From NCBI GenBank assembly GCA_951406725.2, contig OX597815.1, positions 168,702,001-168,766,000 on the forward strand: a stretch of 64,000 nt of DNA, given 5' to 3'. Made by a program: the position numbers and the translations under genes. Below, piece after piece: positions 12,477-25,783 of the stretch (within the stretch, counting starts at the first letter, position 1; every line of letters begins with the position of its first letter). The notes under the pieces are model-generated. The model was not told the origin of the DNA. It saw only the letters and a program-made list of their open reading frames with translations, and made no database searches. Source of the DNA: Octopus vulgaris. Lineage: Eukaryota.

Positions 12477-13933
12477 TCACAGGTATGTATGTATGTATGT
12501 ATGTATGTATGTATGTATGTATGTATGTATGCGTATAGAAAACAAGTAAACACAGCATAAATGTCCTATACCGAATTTAGTATCTTAAATGGCTTTTCTC
12601 GAGGGTCTTTCTCAACGAAGTCCAACCAAATTGCATTAAATTGTTGACATTGGTGGCCATCAGCTAAAAAATGTAGCAACGAATGTATACGACATGCAAT
12701 GAATGGATTAAATAGCTTAGGAAAACATTAACAACCCATATTTAAATGAAAACAACGAAAATTTTGAAGCAGAACATTAGCATTTCATACGAAAGATAAA
12801 AAAAACGTTTAACATGTGACTAACACTGTACCATAATGAATATTGTATTGTATCATTCTTTCAAACTGCAGCAGCCTCGCAAAACCTGAAGGTACACACA
12901 TAGACACACACACTCACATTCTCTCTACTTCATTCTCCTTGTCTCTCCTCTCTCAACATACATTGACGCACACATCCATACATACATTAACAAATACGGA
13001 CGGACGGACGGACGGACTGATAGCTGAATGGATCGATCGATCGATCTCAGTCGGTTCGAGGATGAGAATTCAGTCGTGCATTTAGTTAAATTATCTGCTC
13101 TTCAGTTAACGCGTAAATATTTGATACATGTCCAAATGTACCATTAACATAATTCTCAGGCATAACCAGATAAACCTAAATTTTAACTGTATAAGGTTAA
13201 TCAAAGGATTAACCTAAATTAAATTTAGGGTTAACCAAAGGATTATTAAGAAGAATATTATAACAAAAGGATAATCCTTTTGTTATAATATTCTTCTAAA
13301 TAAACCTTTGATTAACCCTAAATTTTAACTGTATACAACATAGCAACATTGTTTAAAATATTTAACTATAGTACTACATGATAAGATTTCCCCTCTTTCA
13401 TTATCAATGGTATTCTAGTGGCCGCCCCCTTAATTGGCAACTAACATCTTAATTTAAGCTTTCCTTTACCAAACCTCATGATATTGCTTCTAATAAATCC
13501 TGATTTTTATGACTATACCCACTATGATTTCTGTCTGCTCCCTCAGCCTAACAAACACTACCCTTACAAACACTTGTTCTCTTAGGCTTAGATATAAAAT
13601 GATTTGATAAAACTAGTCTATAAATTAAAACTGATCCCATAAAAAACAGTGACAAGCAAAAATCTGTAACAAGTCTTTCTTCCTGATACCTTAGTAGCTT
13701 CTAAGCTGAAGTGAAAGCAGTATGTCCTTTGTCTATCTCCTTACCTTCTTGAGGATTTTAGGTAAAATTATACTAATGTGTTCATCTGTTTTAATTAAAT
13801 TAAATTCTATGTTTTTGTGCAACTGAAGATTGCTCTGCATTTAAATTGATGCAATGATTGCATTGTTCAATTAAATGGAGTTGCATGAAACGATCGTACT
13901 GCATTACCTCTGGATATCCTTCTTTGCTTATTT

Positions 13934-13981
<48 letters not shown>

Positions 13982-14238
13982 CACTGCAGCAACGTGTAAT
14001 AAAGTTCAAGGACTCAACGATACAAGGATACAATGCGCTGACTGGTCTAGGAATTGAAACCCCGACTGATGACTATGACCTCAACATTCTACCCATTAGG
14101 CTCGGTACCTTCACACGTAAACATACATACGTATACTCACACATTGAATATCTATATATGTACATGTATACACACATACATATTCATAAATATGTATGTG
14201 TATAGATATACATACATATTATTTATATATACATATTC

Positions 14239-14269
<31 letters not shown>

Positions 14270-14290
14270 TGTATGTATGTATGTATGTAT

Positions 14291-14337
<47 letters not shown>

Positions 14338-14566
14338 TAAAAACGGTAAGATAACAAAAGAAAGAAAGAGACCTCAATATTATGTAAATTGAGGAAATTT
14401 ATCTGTAAAATAATATGTGGAAATTATTCAATAGCCAAGATAAAGCTCTGAGTTTCGGATGCCGAGGTGGAAATCCACAACACCATCCCTTCGGTTATCT
14501 GGGCATATTATTTTACAGATATATATATATATATACACACATACATACATACATACATACATACAT

Positions 14567-14599
<33 letters not shown>

Positions 14600-14635
14600 T
14601 ACATACATACATACATACATACATACATACATACA

Positions 14636-14669
<34 letters not shown>

Positions 14670-15027
14670 CATACATACATACATACGCGTAAATCGATAG
14701 TAGCCGTGAACCCGCAAATGTTAAACTTCTAATTGTAGAACAAAAAATAGAAATAGAAAAACTTCAACTCCGAAGCAAATAAAGGGAAGAATAAATAATG
14801 AGATGTTTGTTCATTGGTTTTCTCCGTGGGAGTGAACAATTTCAGATTTTCAGAGCAAAGAACTCATTTGATTTATTGTCTAGCAGTGTTTCTATTGGAA
14901 TGAGACGTTTCTGATTTAAACTATGTTGGCTGTGCATTTGTCTTTTAAACATCACAGGGGTTAATGAGAATATGCGGAGTATATACAATGCCATTAGGTA
15001 CAAATATGCTTCATATAAAAAAGAAGG

Positions 15028-15450
15028 GGATCTTTTCGGTTTGAACGGCAGTTTTTTCTAGCGGTGTCATATGAAATTGTCACCCATAATTATGACCCTA
15101 GTATCGATCTATTGCATTTCAATCTGTTTTAGGGTTAGGGTTAGGGTTAGGGTGGGGGAAGGGTATCTTTTTTTCTTCACAAATGTAAATAAACCCAATC
15201 TGTTTCTTAAACGAGGGACATATTCATACGGCACAGAATGTTTTTTTTACCTCAATGGACGTCAGTGATTGGTTGAAATTGCAGAAATTGAAGAAGAAAA
15301 ACAACAAATATCTTACAAACAATAAAATTTTCTCAATAAAACCAAGAGAAAAAGATGTTTTATAAAAACATTCTACCAGTATACGAAGTTTAAAATTTTT
15401 TAGTTACCTAGAAATTATGTTAAAAACTGCCGTTCAAACCGAAAAGATCC
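15028..15450. mobile_element. Telomere-repeat MITE copy 2, 8-bp TSD AAAGAAGG
   Basis: TIRs GGATC…GATCC; TSD at 15020-15027 and 15451-15458; internal (TTAGGG)n. Confidence 0.92.
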
Positions 15451-15703
15451 AAAGAAGGTAATTGCATGCGAAGTTGTGACTTTTATACGTTACCTAAGTG
15501 AATTAGTATCAGATGTGGGTAAAATAGTTCTAACTAGTTATTGGATCGCTGTTTCGACATGCAGGAAGCTTTCTGTTTTTGCTCTTCGCTCTTCCAGACA
15601 CTATCTATAGGTATAGGTATGGCGGTGTGGTTAAGATGCTCGCTTCCCAAACATGCGGTTTCGGCTTCAGTCCCACTGCGCGACACCTTGGGCATTTATC
15701 TTC

Positions 15704-15758
<55 letters not shown>

Positions 15759-15941
15759 GATTCTTATATATTTATATATTTTTATATGATGTTTATATAT
15801 TTATATATTAATATATTTTTAAACGTCGGACTTTATATCTGTTCTGTAGAGATAAATGAATAAATGTATGTGTTTGATCTTCCTGTGGATTTTGTAATGT
15901 TCCTTTAGTTGCTGCTCACATTGCCTCCCCTCGATTAAAAA

Positions 15942-15992
<51 letters not shown>

Positions 15993-16225
15993 TGCCAAAA
16001 CGACATTGAGAATGGTGATCGGAGGTTATCGGTGTGGCTGACCAAGTGATAGACAACGAAGAGCTTCATGAGAACCGAATATATTACACTCCATTATTTC
16101 CTCTAACCATTACACACAACATGACTACAAGAAATCGTCTCTGATAATTTATTTACATTTTTATAAAAATCCGGATTATATTTTCATTTGAAGCAACGAA
16201 AGGGTATTTTATATATATACATACA

Positions 16226-16261
<36 letters not shown>

Positions 16262-16304
16262 TATATATACATACATACATATATATATATATATACATAC
16301 ATAC

Positions 16305-16362
<58 letters not shown>

Positions 16363-16367
16363 CATAC

Positions 16368-16424
<57 letters not shown>

Positions 16425-16761
16425 GGCGCAACGGCCCAGTAGTTAGGGCAGCGGACTCGCGGTCGTAGGATCGCGATTTCGATTCCCAGACCGGGCGTTG
16501 TGAGTGTTTATTGAGCGAAAGCACCTAAAGCTCCACGAGGCTCCGGCAGGGGGTGGTGGCGATCCCTGCTGTACTCTTTCGCCACAACTTTCTCTTACTC
16601 TTCTTCTGTTGGCCTGCTCGCTTAGCCAGCGGGGTGGCGTCATTTGAAGGCTAAAACAATGCGAAGCGCATTGTGACCAGCGATGTGTAACAACATCTGA
16701 TTGCCTGGTCGGTCACAGTGATCACGGTGATATATATATATATACATGTGTGTGTGTGTGT

Positions 16762-16825
<64 letters not shown>

Positions 16826-16975
16826 GCGTGCGTGTTTTCTATCTACACTATAATGGAAAAAGCTGTTTATTAATTAGGTATGTAACAGTTGCTAAAAGTA
16901 CAAAAAGGAAGCAATTATTAAAGCTTTGTTGACCATCTGGAAATATTTTCATAAATTCATGTTTTAAGAAATTTC

Positions 16976-17364
16976 GGATCTTTTCGGTTTGAACGGCAGA
17001 TTTTAACATAATTTAAACATACTGGTAGACTGTGCTTATAAAACATCTTTTTCTCTTGGCTTTATTGAGAAAATTCTATGGTTTGTAAGATATTTGTTGT
17101 TTGTTTTTCTTCAATTTCTGCAATTTCAACCAATCAAATACATCCATTGAGGTAAAAAAACATTCTGTGCGTATGAATATGTCCCTCGTTTAAGAAACAG
17201 ATTGGGTTTATTTACATTTGTGAAGATAAAAAGCTACCCTTCCCCCCCACCCCCTAACCCTAAAACAGATTGAAATGCAATAGATCGATACTAGGGTCAT
17301 AATTATGGGTGACAATTTCATATGACACCGCTAGAGAAAACTGCCGTTCAAACCGAAAAGATCC
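16976..17364. mobile_element. Telomere-repeat MITE copy 3, 8-bp TSD GAAATTTC
   Basis: TSD at 16968-16975 and 17365-17372. Confidence 0.9.
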
Positions 17365-17771
17365 GAAATTTCCTATAATTTCGATTTCTCAAGTTTATTG
17401 AATTTTTTTTTTAACTCCAACTTCTCGCAAATTTAAATATTCACTGCGTTCAATTCATCACAAACTTAAATATTCATTGCATTCACTGCGGAGCATTCTA
17501 TTTTCATTTGCAAAGTTCCTCACTTTGTCTTTTAAGTTTTAATTTGCTATTAATGCATACGTAAAATAAAAACATTGTTTATTGAATGAAAGTTTTTTTT
17601 TTAAATACCCAAATAATTTTTGAACGTAGGATAGCTGTGAGAAGAGCCTAGAAAGTTAGGTAATTACTATTAGAAGACGAGGAGAAAAAACAAAAAACAA
17701 AACAAAAAGTTACTGACATGTAATCGAAACTTGCACCTTAATCACATTTTCCAAACACAACTTCAACAGTG

Positions 17772-17814
<43 letters not shown>

Positions 17815-17869
17815 AATATACACTCGCGCACACACACAGATATACATACGCACAAATGAAAGGCAATGA

Positions 17870-17954
<85 letters not shown>

Positions 17955-17974
17955 GCATCACGTTTGTGAAGTTT

Positions 17975-18021
17975 TGTCAGTGAACAGGTCGCGGTTTCAA
18001 AGCGACGAAAATATTTTGACA
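17975..18021 (+). ncRNA. Variant minimal hammerhead ribozyme (G3-C8 core GUGAACA)
   Basis: Stem I TGTCA/TGACA, core GTGAACA, stem II GTCGC/GCGAC, GAAA, palindromic stem III AATATT, UUU site. Confidence 0.6.
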
Positions 18022-18361
18022 CAAATGAAGTTTTACTGATGAAGGGAAACCAACGGCAATTATGTGTGCTTGAATGGTTTACAGACATCTTGCACGCTGC
18101 AATTGTTTTTGTTTCAGCACGCAATCTCAGATCAAGTCACTTACTATGCAAGTATATCTCCGTAATTCTCTGCGGCAGAAATAATATTTATATGTATGTC
18201 AAATAAAAAGCAAATTTGATCTAGCAAGAAATTGATATTGTTTCTTTTATGGAAATTATGGAGAAAGGTATATCGCAGAATATTGCTGATTTTTCAAGGG
18301 CTCAACTTAAAATTTGCTTCAGCTGAAATGATATCGAGAATACGACTAAGCAGAAGACAAA

Positions 18362-18610
18362 GTAAAGTTCCTTCCGAGTCATACACACTCGTAAGGGCCG
18401 GTTTCCCGGTTTCCATGGCGTATATATTCCTGACCTGGACGGGACGCAGGTCCGTCGCAGGATTATTCATTTTTGCCAGCTGAGTGAACTGGAACAACGT
18501 GAAATGAAGTGGTTTGTTCAAGAACACAACGCGTCACCCGGTCCAGGAATCGAAATTGCATTCTTACAATCATGAGTCCAACACCTAACCACTAAGCCAC
18601 ACGGGCCTCC
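18362..18610 (-). mobile_element. tRNA-derived SINE family E
   Basis: Head GGAGGCCCGTGTGGCTTAGTGGTTAG…TTCGATTCC, CORE-like CCAGTTCACTCAGCTG. A relative is split by SINE C copies at about 50540-51210. Confidence 0.75.
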
Positions 18611-18817
18611 ATAGCAGAAGATACTGCTGTGGAGGCGCGATTTCCAAACTATGAGGTGGTACGAAGACATATATTGCAAATAACCAACAACTGTTTCCAT
18701 ATTTGAAATGCTTTCATCGTACTATAAATACTGAAGCCCGAGAGTATAGCTCGTAATTGATCATGTCGCTTCACTTTGAATAAATTTAAGAAGAATATTT
18801 CAAGAGCACAACATACC

Positions 18818-19045
18818 TATTTCTTTATTACCCACAAGGGGCTAAACATAGAGGGGACAAACAAGGACAGACATAGGTATTAAGTCGATTACATCGACCC
18901 CAGTGCGTAACTGGTGCTTAATTTATCGACCCTGAAAGGATGAAAGGCAAAGTTGACCTCGGCGGAATTTGAATTCACAACGTAACGGCAGACGAAATAC
19001 CGCTAAGCATTTCACCCGGCGTGCTAACGTTACTGCCAGCTCGCC
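18818..19045 (-). mobile_element. SINE family C, TSD GCACAACATACC
   Basis: TSD at 18806-18817 and 19046-19057. Confidence 0.9.
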
Positions 19046-19245
19046 GCACAACATACCGAGCAGAAAGTAATTTATTTAGCATTGTTTGTTTATTCGCTTA
19101 TTTAAATCGTTCTTGCGGAGTATAAAATTCGTTGTGTAATTTAGAATTAAGTTTTTCCCATTACTATGAAAACAGAAAAAAAAAAAATATATTTATTTAT
19201 AACTCGTTATAGTAACACTGTCATTCATTAACAAACAATTTATAA

Positions 19246-19406
19246 GCGTAGGAGTGGCTGTGTGGTAAGTAGCTTGCTTACGAACTACACGGTTCCGGGT
19301 TCAGTCCCACTGCGTGGCACCTTGGGCAAGTGTCTTCTACTATAGCCTCGGGCCGACCAAAACCTTGAGAGTGGATTTGATAGACGAAAACTGAAAGAAG
19401 CCCGTC

Positions 19407-19462
<56 letters not shown>

Positions 19463-19578
19463 TTAATAAGGGTGAGAGAATTAGATACTAATTTAATAGT
19501 ATATCTATTCAACACCAAGTGGCCTAGTGCTCCGAGAAACCTGGATTATTATAATATTTTATAATATATTATAATATT

Positions 19579-19613
<35 letters not shown>

Positions 19614-19803
19614 GTTTGTGTGTCTGTGTCTGTCCCCCTAACATCGTTTGACATCCGATGCTGGTGTAACTTAGCGGTTCGGCAAAAGAGGCCGATAGAA
19701 TAAGCACTAGGCCTACAAAGAATAAGTCCTGGGGTCGATTTGCTCGACTAAAGGTGATGCTCCAGCATGGCCAGAGTCAAATGACTGAAACGAGTAAAAG
19801 AGT
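19246..19803 (+). mobile_element. SINE family B whose internal (TA)n hosts a PLE-tail fragment (about 19457-19580)
   Basis: Family B consensus interrupted by a sequence resembling the tails at 30790 and 43690. Confidence 0.82.
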
Positions 19804-19968
19804 AATTCGGATAGTATGATTCTTTCAGTGTTGATTAATTTTTAAAGTTTTTGCTACGTATTGCCACTGGATTTCCTACCTCTTGTTGATTCTCAACTAT
19901 TTCTCTCAACATATACGCGTACTTCAATGTGCTCGCGTGCCTACGCACTCGCGCGTATCTTGCACGCT

Positions 19969-19999
<31 letters not shown>

Positions 20000-21103
20000 C
20001 CGTACGTATGTGAATGCGTGCATGCATGCATTGCTACATGGTAATCTTTATGTCATCGTTGCTTGTATTTTCCACAATGGACTAAGCGGAGCAAGAGCAT
20101 AGACGACGACGGAAAGTACCACTGAAGAGGTCACAGATGTGTGACTAAAGATTTCCGGACAATGGACATGAGTTAAAATAAGAACAGTAATAAATGAGTG
20201 AAGAACGAATATATATTGCGTGTGTTTATTTGACAAAAAATAAATATATAGATGACCTTCCTGAAATACAATATCTACTTCAACACACGTTTTCACATCA
20301 GGAATCTTGCAACACAAATTCATAAACATTACGAAGTAATTTCTGATCTAAATTATATTCTTATCGTCGATTTTTTGGCCATGATGAACTTTTTAGAAAA
20401 GTTACCTTTTTTTTTTTTTTTAGAAATATTCTCTCATTCTGTTATAAGCACAAGGCCAGAAATTTTAAAGGAGAGGGTTAATCGATTACGTTGACCTCAG
20501 TGCTCAAGTGGTACTCATTAATCGATCCCAAAAGGATGAAAGTCAAAGTCGGCCACGTAGGAATTTGAACTCAGAACGTAAAACCAAAAGAAATGTCGCT
20601 AAATTTTGTGTCCACTGTGCTAACTATTCTGCCATCTCGCCGTCTAAGCAAGAGGAACAAGAAGAGGACATTTACTCCCAGGCACAGGCGTGAAAGAGTC
20701 CATAATTTCATCCTGGTCTACAATAGTTGTTAATTAATAATAATGCCCTCCCCACTAGGATATAGTCTACCGTCCTGCCTAAGGTTTACAAGTTATCTTA
20801 ATTCTGAAATTCAAAAGTAGCTTGCAAATTTCATTGTTACACCTATGCGAAATTATTATCAGAAATTCGAACAAACAAATACAGTCCCGGCTTTCTTATC
20901 CAGCTTCCAGACATCCGGCTTCCATACATCCGGCTTCCAGGCATCCGGCTTCCAGAAATCCTGGAATACTGTGCAATACTGTACCCTGTATTGAGTAAAC
21001 ACCCTGTTTTTGAAGTTGATTAATTTGCATACAGAGTGTTATAAACAGGTTTGTTTACATTATTCACAATCGACGGATATTTGTCATCATCTTGTTTATT
21101 GTT

Positions 21104-21149
21104 AACACAACGTTTCGGCTAATATACCCTCCAGCCTTCATCAGATGTC
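21104..21149 (-). ncRNA. Minimal type-I hammerhead ribozyme (PLE pLTR type)
   Basis: Minus strand: GACAT CTGATGA A GGCT..AGCC GAAACGTT GTGTT; canonical core, GUU site. Confidence 0.75.
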
Positions 21150-21999
21150 TTGGGGAAATTTCGAACCTGGATTCTCATTCCTAAGGTATTTTTCGATGTT
21201 GTTGTTGTTGTTGTTGCTGCTGTTGTAGTCGTCGTCGTCGTTGTTGTTGTTGTGGGCATATGGCGTAATGGTTTTGTTCTTTACTTTTTTAAGTGGGTTG
21301 ATAATGGTTAAATATAATCCGCTTTCTCCGTTTAATTTTCATCCTATATGTAACGGTTGTTGTTAAGGTATTGGTTGCCAGTATGCAAGAGGGAAGAAGG
21401 ACAGCGATCGAAGTTTAAGAAAATATTTATTTACCGTTACTTTGTATAATGTCTTGCCTCGACGGACAAGTGTGGATATCATATAAAAACAATAGAATCA
21501 TCTTCTCTTGTATGTTGCTGGTTATGTTTAGTCAACTGCTAACTGCCCAACTAGGAATTAGAGGAAGATAGAGTGAATGTTAAATGAAGGGAGTCGATAA
21601 AATGATACCTTCACGGTGCCTGACATTTAAACAGCAGTGGTGTTGTGATAAAACACTCTATCATAGTTGACATTCTCACTGGTAAGCCTTCTCTCAGATG
21701 AATTATCTCACTAATTGGATTTTGCCTGTGGTCGTCTCTCTGTCATCTTTTTGCCAATTAGGTTCTCACTAAATGATTTCTTTATTTGCTAATACATGAC
21801 TAACATAGAGGACACAGCACAAGGACAAAACAAAAACATTTAGGGACTGGGGTTATACATTAATTAGTCGGGGTAAAAATCGAATATAGTGAAGTCGAAA
21901 TGGTGAATCAATGAATTAAAATGAATTGAAAATTAAATTAAAAATTAATGATAATACATAGCTTTTTCCGGGTTTGTGACCAACCCGCCGGTTTTTTTC

Positions 22000-24900
22000 C
22001 CTCTTTATAATTGATAATTTTTCGTTCTTTTTTCTTCCGTTTTTTCCTTCTTTTCCTTCCAGACTGGTTACACTAGCGCGGCCCTATTCACTCTCTACTT
22101 CCTTACGACATTTGTCCATCTTTTCTCAAACGTTTTTTGAGACAGGCACATCTCCTCCAGACTGATCTTCCTGGATAGGTGGTAATTAAAAAAAACTAAC
22201 CAGCCCGTATCCGGAGATAAAGTTGCCTGTCTCAATTCCCCTTCGACGCGTCACCCATATTGTCTCTTTCGGTATGGCTACTATGCAGAAAAATGACGCT
22301 GCCTTTTCCTTGTTAAAAGAGGGAAGCGGTACAATCTTAATGATAGACTCAGTCCATAACCGTACTCTTTCCGTTTCCGACACCAGTTGTTCGACATAGG
22401 TTATCAATCACCTCAGTTCCTCACAATGTACGAAGGCATGCTTGACAGTTTCACTGACACGCTCGCACCTCGGACATGTGGGTTGGGTACCAACACCATG
22501 CCTTGACAACCTCTCTCGAACTGGCACGGCCGATCAGGCTAGGGATTTCTGGAAGTTGTCCAGATACCTCGGCCCGAATGTTCTTCCGAACAGGTTGACA
22601 AGTTGGTCTCATTCGAAGCCTAGAGTCTCCCCCAGGACGTCATCGGACATGTGCTCTACCAACCCGCTATAAAAATCCGCAGTGGTAGCCCCGCTGCCGG
22701 TATTGCTCGCTCGGGAGATCAGAGCGAGTGCATGTCTGCACTCCCTCTGTCATTCGCTCACTTTCGGTCTCCGCGTGATCCATGTGCCTACGTCCCGCAG
22801 GGACGTCAATTGTGGGAGGAACAACATGACATGCGGTGACCACACACGTCCACCATCCAGGTAGAGTCAGAGATGCCTCAGCCTCAGCGCATACTTGTGC
22901 ATCATCAGCCAAGGCATCCCTAACCCACCCTTTAACGGTTTCTGACAGCAGATGGAGCCCCTCACAAGTGGTGGTTTGCCATTCCACAAAAAAGTGGAAA
23001 AGGATTCGCTCCAGCTTGGGTCTTTCCTGATCAGTGTTACTACTCCCCGGCTCACAGATTTGGGAATTCTCCCGTTCTTCTGTCAGTTCGCGTATACACC
23101 GGCCAGTATGTTCCCGAACATGTCTGGCATACTCTTATAAAATTCTTAAGGAAGACCATCCAGTCCCGGTGATTTGTTCCCGAGGCACTCGGAAAGCTCC
23201 CTATGACATCCGCAGCTGTGATCAGCCCTTCATAGCGCTCCGCCTCATATGCCGAGAGACACGGGCCGCGCCGGCCAAGAAATCCCGAAGAGCATCCCCA
23301 TGGTCCAGCGTCCCCATCGAACAATGCAGCGAAATGCTCCTGAAAGGCCTTACACATCTCTTCCTCTTGTCCTTGGATCTCCTGTCCTTGTTCGTTTACC
23401 GCAGATCTTATCGTAGCATCTACACCATGTTGGGTTTCTACCGAACGAGCCCACCCGGCAATGTTGATACTCTCGCGACCCAGTGCACGTACTTTAGCCC
23501 AGACCCTGCAACCTTCGTGTTTGGCATTGAGGTGTCGGTCTAAGGCCGATCTCGCTGCCAAAACTTGGGGTGCAGAGCCTACTCTCAGCGCCTCTTCTAA
23601 CGCCTTAACTAGAGAACTTTCTACTCTAGCCTGCTCTAGACTTAACCGTTTGCTAAATCTAATAAACTCAAGTCGAATGGCTCTTTTGAGAGCAACCCAC
23701 CACCGTTTATTCAACACAGTGCCAGTGAGTGCCCTCATGACTAACTCCTTAATCTGGCTACGGGATGTTTCGCAAGCCAATAGGGTCTTGTTCAACTTCC
23801 AGTAACCAGATCCCTATCTATGGACTATCTATATGTACCTTACACGTCACTAATTTGTGATCCGTGTAGGATATATAAGTAAACTGTGGACAGCTAAAGG
23901 AAAACCTACTTCTAGTATTCACTACTATCCTGTCTATATAAGACATGAGAGATCCGTCGCGCTCAGATTCTCGAGTCTGTATCGATCTGCCAGCCTAAAT
24001 CGCTTCAGCAGATCGGTGAGGCGTGAGTTACTTTTCCTACCTGTTGAGCCAACGTTATCTAGGCGTGCATCTAGAAAAGCGTTAAAGTCTCCTAACATCA
24101 CATGACGTTACGAAAATGCCCTCCAGGTGTCGATAGAACTCATTCCGTTTGCCTGCTGTACAAGGCACGTAAATGCCGGTCAATCTGGAAGTCTTACCAC
24201 TGAAAGTTAGATCCAGATGGACCGAATTACCTTCTAGGTCTCCAAATATTGCACGTGTCTGCAGAGCCAAGCTTTTTCAGATCAGAACCACAACGCCCCC
24301 CTCTACCTGTCCGACTAGGAGACATGATTTTCTCATAGTCATTCAGGATGCTTGAGAAGGCCCGCACCTTGTCCAACTTGGTCTCTGTAGCAAACATAAT
24401 AACAATTTTATGTGACCTGAGGTCATCGAGGAAACAGGCTTGCTTCCACATCGAACTCAGGCCACGCATATTCAGACAGCCTACAAGTAGTGCAACCATG
24501 TCAAAAAAACGAGGAAAGAATGAAATCTACTTACCTTAAATCCAGGGGGATCGTTCTCAGTACCACTGAGACTGGAACTTAACCCTTCTATGGTGGGTTC
24601 TTCCGGCGGGTCAAACACCTTGGGTATATCTTTTGGTTCAATTATTTCTTTTGTGTATCTGTTTTTGTGATCCTCATAGAGTTCACGGGGGATTTTCGCA
24701 ACCTCTTGGGGTTTTTAACGTTACTTGTCCAATATATGTTGCTCTGTAAGTGGGGTTTAATTATCCCCATCATTGAATTATTAGTGTTTTTAAACACTAC
24801 TATAGTCATTTCCTTTTTATTATGTTTTATGACGTCATTTAGTGATTTTTTTTCTTTTCCTTCTTTTTTACCTCCTGGTTGCTTTTTTTTTTCCTCTCCT

Positions 24901-25500
24901 TGGTTTTCGGTGCCGCATTTTTGCTACGTGACTCCATTGCTTTTTTTTTTTTTTTGCCTTTTTCGCGACACTGTCTCGAAGTCCATTTCTTCTACTGACC
25001 GTGTCACTTCGGCTGGTTTTTATCTTGGTTCCAGTTCGACAGCCGCCCTCTGTGTAACAGCCTCCGTGGATGGGGCGCCGCCTCCTCTACACTTTCCTCT
25101 GTTCCTTTTCCTGCTCTTTCTCCTTTTGTGGAGGGAAGCATTTTGATCCCAGGTGCCCCTTCTTTCCACATTTGAAGCACCCGGGCTTCCTCCCCTCCAC
25201 GTGCACTGTTAATATGACGTCTTCGCCAAAGAAAATTTTCTCTGGTAGATTTTCCAGGTCCATCATTGTGGCTTGGACTAAGATCTCTAGAGTTTGTCTT
25301 CGCTAGTTTTGTGGGGCGTCTCTGGATATCTGTATAATGTTTATATTTTCCTCCCTCTCATAATGGAGTGTAGCCACAATCCACACAATTTCCACCTCAG
25401 GAGGGATATTTTTAATTTTAATCCGGGACGTTATACGTTCAAGATATAGCGAAGCATCACTAACTTTTGTTTGGGAATTTTCTTTATATATAATTATCGC
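22000..25500 (-). mobile_element. Tx1/L1-clade LINE, degenerate, RT core internally deleted
   Basis: ORF1 zinc knuckle CFKCGKKGHLGSKC (25139-25180). ORF2 APE (LNMRGL, ETKL, IYVP, GYWKLN), GVVTLIRK, FLWNGK…GGLGMP and a C-terminal CxxC…HxFxxC. Confidence 0.88.
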
Positions 25501-25720
25501 AAGATCGTGAGAAAGAGAGACATACCGTTATCCAAACAATGGGTATTTTAGGAGGTCTATTGTTCTGTCAATTTTACTCTCCACCGCATACAAAAAGGTT
25601 AGCAGAGGTCAAATGACAAAGACAACTTAATGCTGTCAACTTAATGTTTCTCTAAGGGAAAAGTCCATTGTACTGTTAAGTGAAATTTGGCGATTGAGGA
25701 TCGAATCCACTACACACACA

Positions 25721-25783
<63 letters not shown>

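Noticed and set aside
16421-16500. tRNA-like sequences at SINE heads
   Set aside because: No complete cloverleaf or acceptor stem; they run into repeated SINE bodies.
20898-20961. 15-bp tandem repeat ATCCGGCTTCCA.A. x4 as a CRISPR-like array
   Set aside because: No spacers; eukaryotic context; probably a MITE-internal minisatellite.
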